A stretch of DNA of 64,000 nucleotides from an uncultured virus (IMG/VR IMGVR_UViG_3300042509_001296) (Duplodnaviria > Heunggongvirae > Uroviricota > Caudoviricetes). The notes beneath the pieces are model-generated. The model was not told the origin of the DNA and did not search any database. It saw nothing but the letters and a program-made list of their open reading frames with translations. The position numbers and the translations under genes are program-made. The stretch is from IMG/VR virus record IMGVR_UViG_3300042509_001296, one strand, 5' to 3'. Positions 34,221 through 43,554 of this stretch are shown here, one piece after another (the first letter of the stretch is position 1; every line of letters starts with the position of its first letter).

Positions 34221-34736
34221 CTACCCTGACAAAAGTGATTGGACCATGTTCTGCCAGACACCCTGCTGGTTCTGGGCGTTGTTCATGTATCTGCTCTGAC
34301 GGTTCTTTCGCTGGTTGAACATCTGCTGCCAAGTAAGGCCTTGCCGTTCTAGGGCGTCCCGCTTGTTGGCAAGAAGTCTGCTCTGAACCATTTGCTGGTA
34401 CTGAAAGTCCAGATTGCTGTTGAACATCTGGTCATCGGCTTGGACTGAAGCAGCATCGCGGGCACCCTGTGCGAACCCGGCGGCCTCCTGATTGCCAGCC
34501 ATCATGGCCTGCTTCTTGTTCCGACTGAATCCGGCACGGTCGGCGTATGGCCCCTGACCGCTGTACATCTCCTGCCCATTGGCCTTCTGTAAGGCAGAGG
34601 CGAAGAGGTTGTTGGACTTAGCCATAGTCTCCGAGTCGGCAATGCCACGCGGGCGTGTCAGTCCAGACAGGTCCGACAGCGGCTTCTGCTTGAAGGCTGT
34701 GGATGCTGGCCGGAGTGCTGAATCTGAGCCGATCAT
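34221..34736 (-). CDS. Gln/Asn-rich putative ejection protein
   Basis: 171 aa; composition and position. Confidence 0.6.
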   Translation of the reverse strand: MIGSDSALRPASTAFKQKPLSDLSGLTRPRGIADSETMAKSNNLFASALQKANGQEMYSGQGPYADRAGFSRNKKQAMMAGNQEAAGFAQGARDAASVQADDQMFNSNLDFQYQQMVQSRLLANKRDALERQGLTWQQMFNQRKNRQSRYMNNAQNQQGVWQNMVQSLLSG

Positions 34737-35176
34737 GAAAGGAGACCTAGTGAGAAGTTCTTCCAGTTGGCCGACATATCGTTACGCCACATAGCCATCT
34801 GGTTGGCGAGGTCGGAGTTGCCCATTGCCTGCTGGACTGCCTGCCGATAGCCAGCCACCTGATTGGCACGGTTGGCTTCGTACAGTTGGTCGTTGGCCTG
34901 CATCCGCTGCATCATGACCTCGGAGTTCTTCTGCGAGATCGAGCGACCGGCGTCTGCTTTGCTCTGGTAGGCCATGCTCTTGGCATAGTCTTGGGCGGCC
35001 TGATTGCCGGTGGCTGTGCCAGTTTGTGGCTTGTACTTGCCTGCCTGAGTCAGTCCCGCAAGGAGGCTTGACTTGTTGGTGGCAGGGGCCTTGTAGTTCA
35101 CCATCTGCCCAGAAGACTGCCCAAAGGACGGAGCCTTGGGTGCAGACAGCGGGCTTTGTGGCATACGCGAAGTCAT
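34733..35176 (-). CDS. Gln/Ala-rich putative ejection protein
   Basis: 147 aa; composition and position. Confidence 0.6.
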   Translation of the reverse strand: MTSRMPQSPLSAPKAPSFGQSSGQMVNYKAPATNKSSLLAGLTQAGKYKPQTGTATGNQAAQDYAKSMAYQSKADAGRSISQKNSEVMMQRMQANDQLYEANRANQVAGYRQAVQQAMGNSDLANQMAMWRNDMSANWKNFSLGLLS

Positions 35177-35179
35177 GGC

Positions 35180-35881
35180 TTAACCTAAAAGGGACCTTCC
35201 AAGGGGAGAGAAGCCGCCCATCAGTCCCATGATTGCCTTACGCTTTTCCTTACGGTCTTGTATCTCGGCCTGAGCCATTCGCTCTTGGGACTGCATCTTG
35301 GCCATCTCCATCTGGCTGGCCTGATTAGCCTCTGCCGACCGCTGCTGGAATGCCTGATTGCGGGCTGCTGCGTCCGACCACTGCTTGGCTGCCCCCGACA
35401 GGGCCGCGTTCACCCCGGACACCATGTTGTTGTGATGGCCGAAGTGCTGGCCGTGGGCTTGAGCGATCATGCTGGGCGTTCCTTGACTTGGCTGCTGTTG
35501 GACAACTTGGGCTTGCTGGGGTGCCGACTCTTCCTTTTGGCCCCTGCTTTGGCCGGAGGTCATCGGGGGTGCGGATGACTTTGGCTTTGAGGCCACTTGC
35601 TGAACGGCAGGCTGGGTCATCCGCTGCCGCATCTGGTTCATCCACTGCGACTGCTGGGCCGCGTAGTTCACCGGGGCAGGGGCGGCAGTGTTGGCGATGG
35701 CTGGCTGCTGGATTGGCCGTTGCGGAGCAGGACGCCAGCCAGTGGCCATGATCTGAGAGGTGTGGGCGTCAACGCCCTGAGGTGCGGCAGCCCTGCGACG
35801 AGGGGCACCGGGCACACCTACCCCCTGAGCGGCGTCAATGCCGTCCGGGTCGTACCAATCCTGAAAAGTAAGTGCCGCCAT
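35180..35881 (-). CDS. Gln/Ala-rich putative ejection protein
   Basis: 233 aa; AGGAG RBS; GACATAAA at 35900-35907. Confidence 0.6.
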   Translation of the reverse strand: MAALTFQDWYDPDGIDAAQGVGVPGAPRRRAAAPQGVDAHTSQIMATGWRPAPQRPIQQPAIANTAAPAPVNYAAQQSQWMNQMRQRMTQPAVQQVASKPKSSAPPMTSGQSRGQKEESAPQQAQVVQQQPSQGTPSMIAQAHGQHFGHHNNMVSGVNAALSGAAKQWSDAAARNQAFQQRSAEANQASQMEMAKMQSQERMAQAEIQDRKEKRKAIMGLMGGFSPLGRSLLG

Positions 35882-35900
35882 TTCCTACTCCTACCCCCTT

Positions 35901-36344
35901 TTATGTCTGTGTGGTAGGGCTTTGGGCATCGGCCCACTTGATGGCTTGCAGCACTGCCTGACGGGCGGCGAACTCTATGAAGGGTAGGCGTCTGTTTTCC
36001 GCCTCTTCCTTTAGCCACCCGACTATGGTCTCAAGGTTATCCCTACACCATTGGGGACCATTCTCATCCATTACCTTTGCACGGTCGTTGCACTTGCAGC
36101 CACCCTTGGCCCGTATGAAGAACCACCCAAGTATGGTCTTGAGTTTGGTGCCAGCCCCCTTGATCCTCGGATAAGAGTCATGGGCTGGGTCAATGGTCCA
36201 TTGGTCCCCGTCAGTGTGAACTACACAGGGCATTACATCACTAAGCCTGTAGCCCCTCTCCTTGCACCGGGCTATCAGGTGGTCCTTGTGGCAGGTAATC
36301 ACGGGAGGGGGTTCCTGATGTCGGGGCGTGATGACGGTGTGCAT
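35901..36344 (-). CDS. Cys-containing phage protein
   Basis: GAGTKLK..L...GCKC..R...MD..GP.WC..N...IV.WL.EEA. Confidence 0.65.
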   Translation of the reverse strand: MHTVITPRHQEPPPVITCHKDHLIARCKERGYRLSDVMPCVVHTDGDQWTIDPAHDSYPRIKGAGTKLKTILGWFFIRAKGGCKCNDRAKVMDENGPQWCRDNLETIVGWLKEEAENRRLPFIEFAARQAVLQAIKWADAQSPTTQT

Positions 36345-37060
36345 TCCCCTTTAAAGCAATAGACCAACTCGTTAAGTGCTTCTGGGGTGACGATACTGCC
36401 GTCTTCGTTCTGGCAAACGTCATCGTCTGGGCCAGTGCCTACATATGTGGACCCCGGCGGGCAGCAGGTCACAATCCGCTCGCCAAGGACAGAGGTGAAG
36501 TCACCTGCCTTCGTCCACGGCCCGCGAGCATCGAAGGCATCTCCGCACTCACACTTCCCGAAGAAGTCCTCTAGGCAATCGCAGTTGGGCAAGCACCGGC
36601 CGTTACAGCATTTGCCTCCGGTGTCGATATTGAGGGTGGTTCCAGCGAGGTCGAAACCGGCCTCGGGTATGTTTGACACGGCAGCCGTTGCTGCGGCAAT
36701 CGCTTCGTCGTAGGTGGCAAACCAATAGGGCCCCCACTCGATGAAGACGGTCCCTTCCTGATTGGCGACGTAGAAGAAGATTATCGTGCCCTTAGAACAG
36801 TCCACATCTGCTTGGCACTTGGGGCAGTTCTTGTCGCACTCTTCTTTGCTCTTGTACTTGGTGTATTCCTGCTCCCATTCCTGCCCGGTTGCCTTGACGC
36901 ACTCACGGGGATTGACGCCATCGTCGTAGCAGACGTACTCGTCCTTTTCGCAGCAGTCGCAGTCCTCGGGCTTTTGGTTAGGTTTGAGTACGACAAACTT
37001 GCCGTTCTTGGTGACAAACTTTCCCTTTTTGGTTAGGAACTTCGCCATGCCACTCAGCAC
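36299..37060 (-). CDS. Cys-rich putative virion protein
   Basis: CDCC, CCNGRC, CDC, CEC and CC clusters. Confidence 0.6.
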   Translation of the reverse strand: MLSGMAKFLTKKGKFVTKNGKFVVLKPNQKPEDCDCCEKDEYVCYDDGVNPRECVKATGQEWEQEYTKYKSKEECDKNCPKCQADVDCSKGTIIFFYVANQEGTVFIEWGPYWFATYDEAIAAATAAVSNIPEAGFDLAGTTLNIDTGGKCCNGRCLPNCDCLEDFFGKCECGDAFDARGPWTKAGDFTSVLGERIVTCCPPGSTYVGTGPDDDVCQNEDGSIVTPEALNELVYCFKGECTPSSRPDIRNPLP

Positions 37061-37632
37061 TCCACCGTGTTGCCCTTGTCTGTTTTCTTTTCTAGGTCCC
37101 GAATCCGCCTGCCCATCTGGGCGATTCGCCGCCTGAGTTCTTCGCAGCAGTCGGACTGTTTGGGCGGGTCTGGTCTTGGCGTTGGCTTCTCGGGCTCTTT
37201 GCCCGGAACAAATACGGGCGGAACCGGAATAAAGATAGGGCCTCCTGCATCGCCACCTCTTCCGCCATCACCGCCCCGACCTCCCTGACCATCCTCTCCG
37301 TCCTTGCCTTCTCCGTAGTAGTAGTAGATGGACCCGTCTTTGCCTCTGACTCCGGGGATGCCGTCCTTGTTTGCCTGACCAGCAGCACCGTCCCGTGGCT
37401 TCTGCTCTCTGGGGCGGAAGGCGTTGTAGAACTCCGCACTTCGGCTGAAGTAGTCATCGAGGTTGAGGTCACCGCCCCTTCCGTTACCCCTACCCCGGCC
37501 TCTGCTGGTGGTCCTGCCCAGCCCGGTGGCAGTAAGCAGACGCTGGGAGATGTCCAGAGAAATACCCGGCGGAACACCTGCTTGGTTCAGCAAGTTGCCG
37601 ATCTGCTCGACCGCCCGAACTCCGCTGCTCAT
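37054..37632 (-). CDS. Gly/Pro-rich putative tail-associated protein
   Basis: Short Gly-X-Y tract, C-terminal coiled coil. Confidence 0.6.
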   Translation of the reverse strand: MSSGVRAVEQIGNLLNQAGVPPGISLDISQRLLTATGLGRTTSRGRGRGNGRGGDLNLDDYFSRSAEFYNAFRPREQKPRDGAAGQANKDGIPGVRGKDGSIYYYYGEGKDGEDGQGGRGGDGGRGGDAGGPIFIPVPPVFVPGKEPEKPTPRPDPPKQSDCCEELRRRIAQMGRRIRDLEKKTDKGNTVEC

Positions 37633-40600
37633 TGGTCCTCTCCCGGGGCCGATACGCCCTGAAGGTCAACAGAGTGGATGACCACATCTCCGGCGTCTGT
37701 CTGTTGGCCGTAGAGCCTGACTGCTAAATGGGTATCTGATCCCCACATATCCTCTAGGGTCTTGCCTGCAAACAAGGCTCGGGCAATGCCATGGGATTCA
37801 GCCTCTTGGGATTGCTGAATCTTCATGTCAACGTGGGCGACAGGGCTGTTCTCGTCATGAACAAACCCAATCCCCCGATCCCGGCCCACGACGTTTGAGC
37901 GTGGCACCTTGCTGCCGTTGTAGAAAACCTCCATCTTCAGCACGGAAGACTCGGCTGTCGGCTTGTAGACCACTGAGACATTGCGTGGATTCTGCTGGCC
38001 GCCGCCCTTTGCACGATCAGTGACGAACTCAAAGTTGCCAGATCGCCACGAGTACGGCACTGCGGCCCCGTCATCGGTCAGCCCAACGCCGAACTGGTAG
38101 AGCCCCTTGTCGCCTGCATGGATCAGCACTAGGTCGCCACTGGAGTCCCGCACCTCTGTGGCCGCACTGAAGGTGGCGGGGTAAGACTCAAGCCAGAACG
38201 TCTTGGAGTCTGGGTCATAGACGATCTGTCGGGTTGGGTACTTGCCCTCGTCGCCCTTGAAGGCAACATGGAACCGGATTACCCCTAGGTTCCGGTCTGA
38301 CCGAACAAAGAACCACTCTCTCTTGGAGAAGTCGATGGTCTTGATCGTGTCATCTGCGTTGACCCGGAACAGATCATCCAGCGGAAACGACAGATGCTCT
38401 ACATTTCCTTGGGGGTCCAAGGAGTAGAGGCCAAGGTCATCGAGCATATACGCGATGCCTTGGTAGATGTCCCAGCACCGCTGGTTGACGCAGCCCCTAT
38501 AGGCAATGAGCGAGGTGGTGGCGTCGATGTCGGGAGAGTTGACGAATGAAACCCGGTGGCAATGACGGGATTGGGCTACTACTAGGGCCCCTGCGTAGGG
38601 AATCAGGGCCGTGATGTAGTCGGTGTCTCTGAGATTGGTCTGGAGGATGAGTTCGTTCACCTCTGGAACTGCCTCGGGCTGGTCGGCCTCCGAGTACATG
38701 AGCGTGTTGGGACGCTTTCCAGTTGTGTCTACCCCTAACCAAGTGCGGTCTTGGAACACCACGCCTACGGCAAAGTCAGTTGGTGCAACTCCGTAGATGT
38801 TGGCGTTCAGGCTGCCATCTGTCCTGACGATAGGCATCCAATCGAACCCCTCCCTGTCTGGATTAGGGAGGTCATAGTCGGACAGTGCGTCAAGTGTGCT
38901 GCCAAAGGGCTTCTCGCCACCGATCCGTGCCACAAGAAACAGCGTGGTCGCTTGGTCAGCCGTGGTTCGCCAGAGTTCTACGGCAGTTCCGGGGCCAGAC
39001 TCATAGGACCAAGTTATGTTGGCACAGCCGCCCTCAGTGTCCACCTCAGTGACCGGCGACAGGTTTGAGTAGAGGGGCCCGCCTTCTTCTTCGGTGACAC
39101 TCTCATCTACATACCTGTAGTAGCACTGGTATTTGCCCCTGAGAATGGGACGCATGATGGCTAGGGCATAGGCCTTCCCTACATTCCCGCTGGTGTCAAC
39201 GAGAGTGGGTGCCCAGAGGTAGGTCTTGAAGGGGTTGTCAACAATGAGTTTAGTGATCTTGCCATCAAAACTAATCTCGGTGTTGATGAGATCGCCATCG
39301 TCAGTGACGAACTGGGGCGGGGTCAGGTAGCCAGAACCGCCATCCTTCACCGTTGTCGTGAGCCTCCGACGCTTGTACGGGTTGGATTCGATCACCGTCA
39401 GTCGGTCGGGGCACCCGGGAGTGTTGAACGTGTAGCCGGTGGCAGTGAGATTGCATGCGCCTTTGGTGGAGCAAACGGGGCCCGATGATGCACCGCCGGG
39501 ACCAACGCTGCTGGCCCACGCTCCGGCTATTGGGATTTCGACCGTAATCTCATCGCTGCCGTCGTACCCCTCCCCAAAGTCATAGACCTCAACGCGGAAC
39601 AGGTCATCGAACCCAGTGAGTTCGGTTCCGTCTGAACTAGGGTCATAGCAGTAGATGTCTTCCCATGAAAAAGTCCCTAGAAGAAACTCTGGGAAAAACA
39701 GAATCGCCTTGGCACCCTTGCCCTTTCCGCTCTTGGACTTGGCGTCGAGGATGAATCCGTTGCCCTCCCTCTTAAGGCCCTGAGTGCAAACCCAGAAGAG
39801 GTACGGAAACTTAGTGATCTTCCAGTAGACAACCCCTGTCTCGTGGTCGCCCTTGGCATATCCGGGTTCGAGTTCGAGTTTGGCCTGTGCCCCAGAGCCA
39901 GTGACGGTCTGTCCATCGGGTGCAGCAAACCCCACATAGGGCGTGTTGGTGTACCCAGAGCCGCCGTCAGTGATGTCGATCTCGCTGACTTGGCTGGAGG
40001 CGATTCGGGAGATGGCCTTTGCCTGCCTGCCGCCTGATCCCGGTGCCCCGATCTTGACCAGAGGTGCGGCGTGGTAGCCATTGCCCGAGTCAAGGATGTC
40101 GATGCGGGCGACGTATGAGGCTAACTTGCTGGACTTGGTGATGGTCGGCTTGGTGTCTGGTGCGTCTAGCCCAACGGGCCTGTACTTCCCAGTTACCCCA
40201 CGGACCATTCCCCTCTTGCCATAGCCCTGATAGATGTAGACCTCGCCACGCCTGCCTTGAGAAAAGGCCACAGGGCGGTCAGCAGAGAACTCGGTCGCGG
40301 TGTATTCGACTGAAGGCTCCCCGCCGATCCCTGAGTATTCAGCGACCTCGGCACTCTCGGTAAAGCCAATGACTTTGTCTGTCTTGCCTGAGCCAATGGA
40401 ATAACCCCACAGGGTTGTGGCTCGTTTTTCTGATTGGACGATAGCCTTAGAGCCGCCGCGAACTGTGAGTTGCCCCGGGATCAGGGACATACAGTTCACC
40501 TGACGAACGGCCGCCCCGGCGGGCAGTGCATACGGGCTGGCAGTTGGAACCCACCCTAGCCATTTACTGAGACGCATTGCCGCAGGCTCCGAAGACGGTG

Positions 40601-40646
40601 CCAGCAGAGCCTCCATCCCAGAGGTCGCTGCTGCTTCCAACAGCAT
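37629..40646 (-). CDS. Tail nozzle / stabilisation protein (podovirus-like); start probably 40578
   Basis: About 980 aa, beta-rich, G.GY..PP repeats, follows the adaptor gene. Confidence 0.65.
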   Translation of the reverse strand: MLLEAAATSGMEALLAPSSEPAAMRLSKWLGWVPTASPYALPAGAAVRQVNCMSLIPGQLTVRGGSKAIVQSEKRATTLWGYSIGSGKTDKVIGFTESAEVAEYSGIGGEPSVEYTATEFSADRPVAFSQGRRGEVYIYQGYGKRGMVRGVTGKYRPVGLDAPDTKPTITKSSKLASYVARIDILDSGNGYHAAPLVKIGAPGSGGRQAKAISRIASSQVSEIDITDGGSGYTNTPYVGFAAPDGQTVTGSGAQAKLELEPGYAKGDHETGVVYWKITKFPYLFWVCTQGLKREGNGFILDAKSKSGKGKGAKAILFFPEFLLGTFSWEDIYCYDPSSDGTELTGFDDLFRVEVYDFGEGYDGSDEITVEIPIAGAWASSVGPGGASSGPVCSTKGACNLTATGYTFNTPGCPDRLTVIESNPYKRRRLTTTVKDGGSGYLTPPQFVTDDGDLINTEISFDGKITKLIVDNPFKTYLWAPTLVDTSGNVGKAYALAIMRPILRGKYQCYYRYVDESVTEEEGGPLYSNLSPVTEVDTEGGCANITWSYESGPGTAVELWRTTADQATTLFLVARIGGEKPFGSTLDALSDYDLPNPDREGFDWMPIVRTDGSLNANIYGVAPTDFAVGVVFQDRTWLGVDTTGKRPNTLMYSEADQPEAVPEVNELILQTNLRDTDYITALIPYAGALVVAQSRHCHRVSFVNSPDIDATTSLIAYRGCVNQRCWDIYQGIAYMLDDLGLYSLDPQGNVEHLSFPLDDLFRVNADDTIKTIDFSKREWFFVRSDRNLGVIRFHVAFKGDEGKYPTRQIVYDPDSKTFWLESYPATFSAATEVRDSSGDLVLIHAGDKGLYQFGVGLTDDGAAVPYSWRSGNFEFVTDRAKGGGQQNPRNVSVVYKPTAESSVLKMEVFYNGSKVPRSNVVGRDRGIGFVHDENSPVAHVDMKIQQSQEAESHGIARALFAGKTLEDMWGSDTHLAVRLYGQQTDAGDVVIHSVDLQGVSAPGEDQ

Positions 40647-41676
40647 CCCCTCCCGAGATGTCGGGCTTCAATGGGCATTGGCCGTTACCACCACCAGTTC
40701 CCGGGTCGATAACCCCGCCACCGCCAGTGCCCGGATCAATGACTCCACCGTCTCCACCCGGACGCAGATACCAGAACTGGTAGTAGATGCCCCTTCGATC
40801 TCGCCTGCCTGCAAGTGGAGCAACTGCGTCTGACTCGTAAGCCATGCGAAGGTCCCTGCCGTAAACCCCCATGGCACCTTCAATGTTCTTGCCGGTAAGG
40901 CGTGAAAGCCAAGCCTCGGCCCCTGACAGAAGGGCGGTATACATCCCCGGGGAAATGTCCAAGTAGTCGGTGACGATGTACCGGCTGTCTTCGTACTTAT
41001 CTATCTTGGCGGGCGACCACGCAAAAGCCTTGGTGGTGCTGTCAATGTCAACGATCAGGCCCTCGTCCCGGTAGGGGACAATACCTGCCATGGACTCTGG
41101 GCACTTGTCTGGGTTGCCAGATACCCGCAGGACACAGCCCAGCATTTGGTTGGAGAACTGGGTGTCAGTTCCAACGACTTCAGTGCCTGTCCAGTTGATC
41201 TTGCCAACCCGGCTGGCTGGCTCCCATCCCGTGAACCTCAGGTCTTTTGGCCTGCGGCGGTAGGTCAGCATCAGGCTTTGGCGATACCTGTAGCCATTGA
41301 GAATCTTTAGGTCATACCTGTCTGGGCTGAACTGGGAGGGCAGGACGGTCCAGATAAGTCGCACCAACTGGCGGAACGGCGAGTTCGTAGTCCTGTGCCA
41401 CTCGGTCGGGTCAACGTAATCCGCAAGGAGGTGGGGCTCTTTGAGGGCCACAGAGTCTACTGACTGAACACCCCAAGGCAGAGTGTGGGTTGTGATGTCA
41501 TTGTCGGCTGCCAGTTCCAGCAACTCGGACGCCTGATACCAACGCCAATCCCTAGCCGTCACCAAGTCCCGGTAAGCATGAAAGAGAGACTGACGCAGAA
41601 TCCTATGCTCTGAGTCTTGGGCACCTCCCCCGGTGGAGGACATGAGGTACTCGATGGCGTCATAGGCTGTGTACAT
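40564..41676 (-). CDS. Head-tail adaptor-like protein
   Basis: Helical N-terminus, DWRWY motif, position before the nozzle. Confidence 0.55.
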   Translation of the reverse strand: MYTAYDAIEYLMSSTGGGAQDSEHRILRQSLFHAYRDLVTARDWRWYQASELLELAADNDITTHTLPWGVQSVDSVALKEPHLLADYVDPTEWHRTTNSPFRQLVRLIWTVLPSQFSPDRYDLKILNGYRYRQSLMLTYRRRPKDLRFTGWEPASRVGKINWTGTEVVGTDTQFSNQMLGCVLRVSGNPDKCPESMAGIVPYRDEGLIVDIDSTTKAFAWSPAKIDKYEDSRYIVTDYLDISPGMYTALLSGAEAWLSRLTGKNIEGAMGVYGRDLRMAYESDAVAPLAGRRDRRGIYYQFWYLRPGGDGGVIDPGTGGGGVIDPGTGGGNGQCPLKPDISGGDAVGSSSDLWDGGSAGTVFGACGNASQ

Positions 41677-41679
41677 GGG

Positions 41680-43551
41680 TCACTCGCAATACTTAATGCC
41701 AATGCAGGGCGGGTTGGTGATTGTTCCCGTGATGTCAACGCCTGCTTGGTTGTAGGTCCCTTCCCAAGATCGCTGTGCGTAAAGGGGGATGACGGTCTTG
41801 GCCGTCCCCCCCGGCGTCTGTGCGTCCACTGGCTGACCCATGTAGTAACCAGCAGCCCCGGGCATGGTCATCTCCTGCCAGCCCGAGGTGTTCTCAAGGT
41901 TCTCGTTGATGTAATACTTCCCGTCATTCAGCGAACTGGTCCCAATCCAGTAGAACTCTCCGCGACTTGCAGGGAAGTTCAGGTTCAGGTATCGAGGCGG
42001 GTTCATTGGGAGAAGGGGCCGCTCGATCTTCTTCTCAAGAACGACAAAGCGGCCTTGGGACCCAAAGTCTTTTGTGTCAAAAACGTAGAAGTGAGTGCTG
42101 TCAATGCCCACGTTCTTAGGGCCGCCGCCTACGTTCCCGCCCTCGAATGCCGAAAAGAACGGCCCGCCGGGAACAATCAATGAAGTGCCGTACAGACTTG
42201 AGACGGTCGTGGACACCCCGTTCGCGTTTTGGGCCCACCAAAACTGGGGCAGCCCAAGCGAAGAGCCAAATCCGCCGGTCGGATTAAATCGGACATCGGC
42301 CTTCCAGCCTGTTGTGCGGCCAGACCAGACGCAGGCATCTCTTGTGTTGCCGACTTGCTTGTAGGGCGTCGGGTCATTCCATGTCTTAATCGTCCGGGTA
42401 TACCTGTATGACTGCCCGGTATCTACATTGTCAAAGTTCAGAGACTTGTCCGTCAGGCCATCCTCTAGTTCAGTCTGGATGTCTGGGAACGGGTTGCCGC
42501 TTATGTTTGGCGAATCAATCCAAGTCTTTCCGTTTGACGAAACGAACAGGCCTGAGTCATTGGGCCATCCGAACGTACTTGGGAAAGAAGTGGGGTAGGC
42601 CGACCACATCATGTAGGTGTCGTTTAGCCAAAAGATTTGGTTGACCGGAGGCGTGAAGCCCTTGCTTTCGGGGGTCTTGCCGGAGAAGGGGGCCCAGTTC
42701 ACGCCGTCCTTGGACATATGCGTGGCAGTGAACAGAGGGCCAAGCCGACTAGGCCTGCGGATTCCTGCCGATTCTGGGCGTCCATACTTCTCGTCATATG
42801 GGCTAGAGGGCAGGCAGGCGAACAGGTGGCCCGTGACTCGCTTGGTGGTCCCCTCAATAACTGCGTCCTTCCAGACCGGCTCCGTCTTGACGGGCGGTGG
42901 TGGAGGTGGCGGCTGGACGGTGACATCCAACTGAGCAGGGGCACTCTTGGCCGTCTTGGCCGAAGTCTCTGCCGTGTTCCTGTACCAGCGATTGTCCCTA
43001 GCCAGAGTGGCCTTGAGGGTGAGCGTGTCGGTGGTCTGCCCCGGGATGACGATCCAACTGCCCTCGTTGCTGGGCGTGTCCGAATACTGCCACTGATAGG
43101 AGATGGGCGGCTGGCTAGTGGTAGCGGTGGCCGTCATGGTGAACTCGGAGTCGAGTGCAGCAGTGACGTTCGATGGGTTGGAGGTGAAGGACAGGACCAC
43201 CGATGGATCGCTGTACTTGGGCAGGACGAGGTTCAGGACTTGGTTAGGGGCCGTACCAGTTATGGTGGCACCCGGAGAGTCCCCGACAGTGACCGATCCG
43301 ACCGTCAGCGAGTTGGCCGGTCCCGCAGGTCCAGTTGGCCCAGCCGGTCCAGTTGGGCCTACGGAGCCAGCGTCACCTTTGTAAGGAAGGGCATTCCACG
43401 GAGACACGCCGTCACCGATCTTGAACCGGCCCGTGTCAGCCTCAAAGGCGGGCTCACCTGAGGCCAGCACAGGGTTGGACTGCTTCCATGTCGCGGCGGT
43501 ATCTCGCCTGACTTGGATTCTCTGTGCTGATGTTGATGACTTGCTCTGCAT
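41680..43551 (-). CDS. Tail fibre with Mtd/hyaluronidase-type N-terminus, short collagen and Ig-like domain
   Basis: RIQVRRDTAA.W...NPVLASGE...DTGRFKIGDG..W..LPY; SYQWQYS. Confidence 0.85.
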   Translation of the reverse strand: MQSKSSTSAQRIQVRRDTAATWKQSNPVLASGEPAFEADTGRFKIGDGVSPWNALPYKGDAGSVGPTGPAGPTGPAGPANSLTVGSVTVGDSPGATITGTAPNQVLNLVLPKYSDPSVVLSFTSNPSNVTAALDSEFTMTATATTSQPPISYQWQYSDTPSNEGSWIVIPGQTTDTLTLKATLARDNRWYRNTAETSAKTAKSAPAQLDVTVQPPPPPPPVKTEPVWKDAVIEGTTKRVTGHLFACLPSSPYDEKYGRPESAGIRRPSRLGPLFTATHMSKDGVNWAPFSGKTPESKGFTPPVNQIFWLNDTYMMWSAYPTSFPSTFGWPNDSGLFVSSNGKTWIDSPNISGNPFPDIQTELEDGLTDKSLNFDNVDTGQSYRYTRTIKTWNDPTPYKQVGNTRDACVWSGRTTGWKADVRFNPTGGFGSSLGLPQFWWAQNANGVSTTVSSLYGTSLIVPGGPFFSAFEGGNVGGGPKNVGIDSTHFYVFDTKDFGSQGRFVVLEKKIERPLLPMNPPRYLNLNFPASRGEFYWIGTSSLNDGKYYINENLENTSGWQEMTMPGAAGYYMGQPVDAQTPGGTAKTVIPLYAQRSWEGTYNQAGVDITGTITNPPCIGIKYCE

Positions 43552-43554
43552 GGG

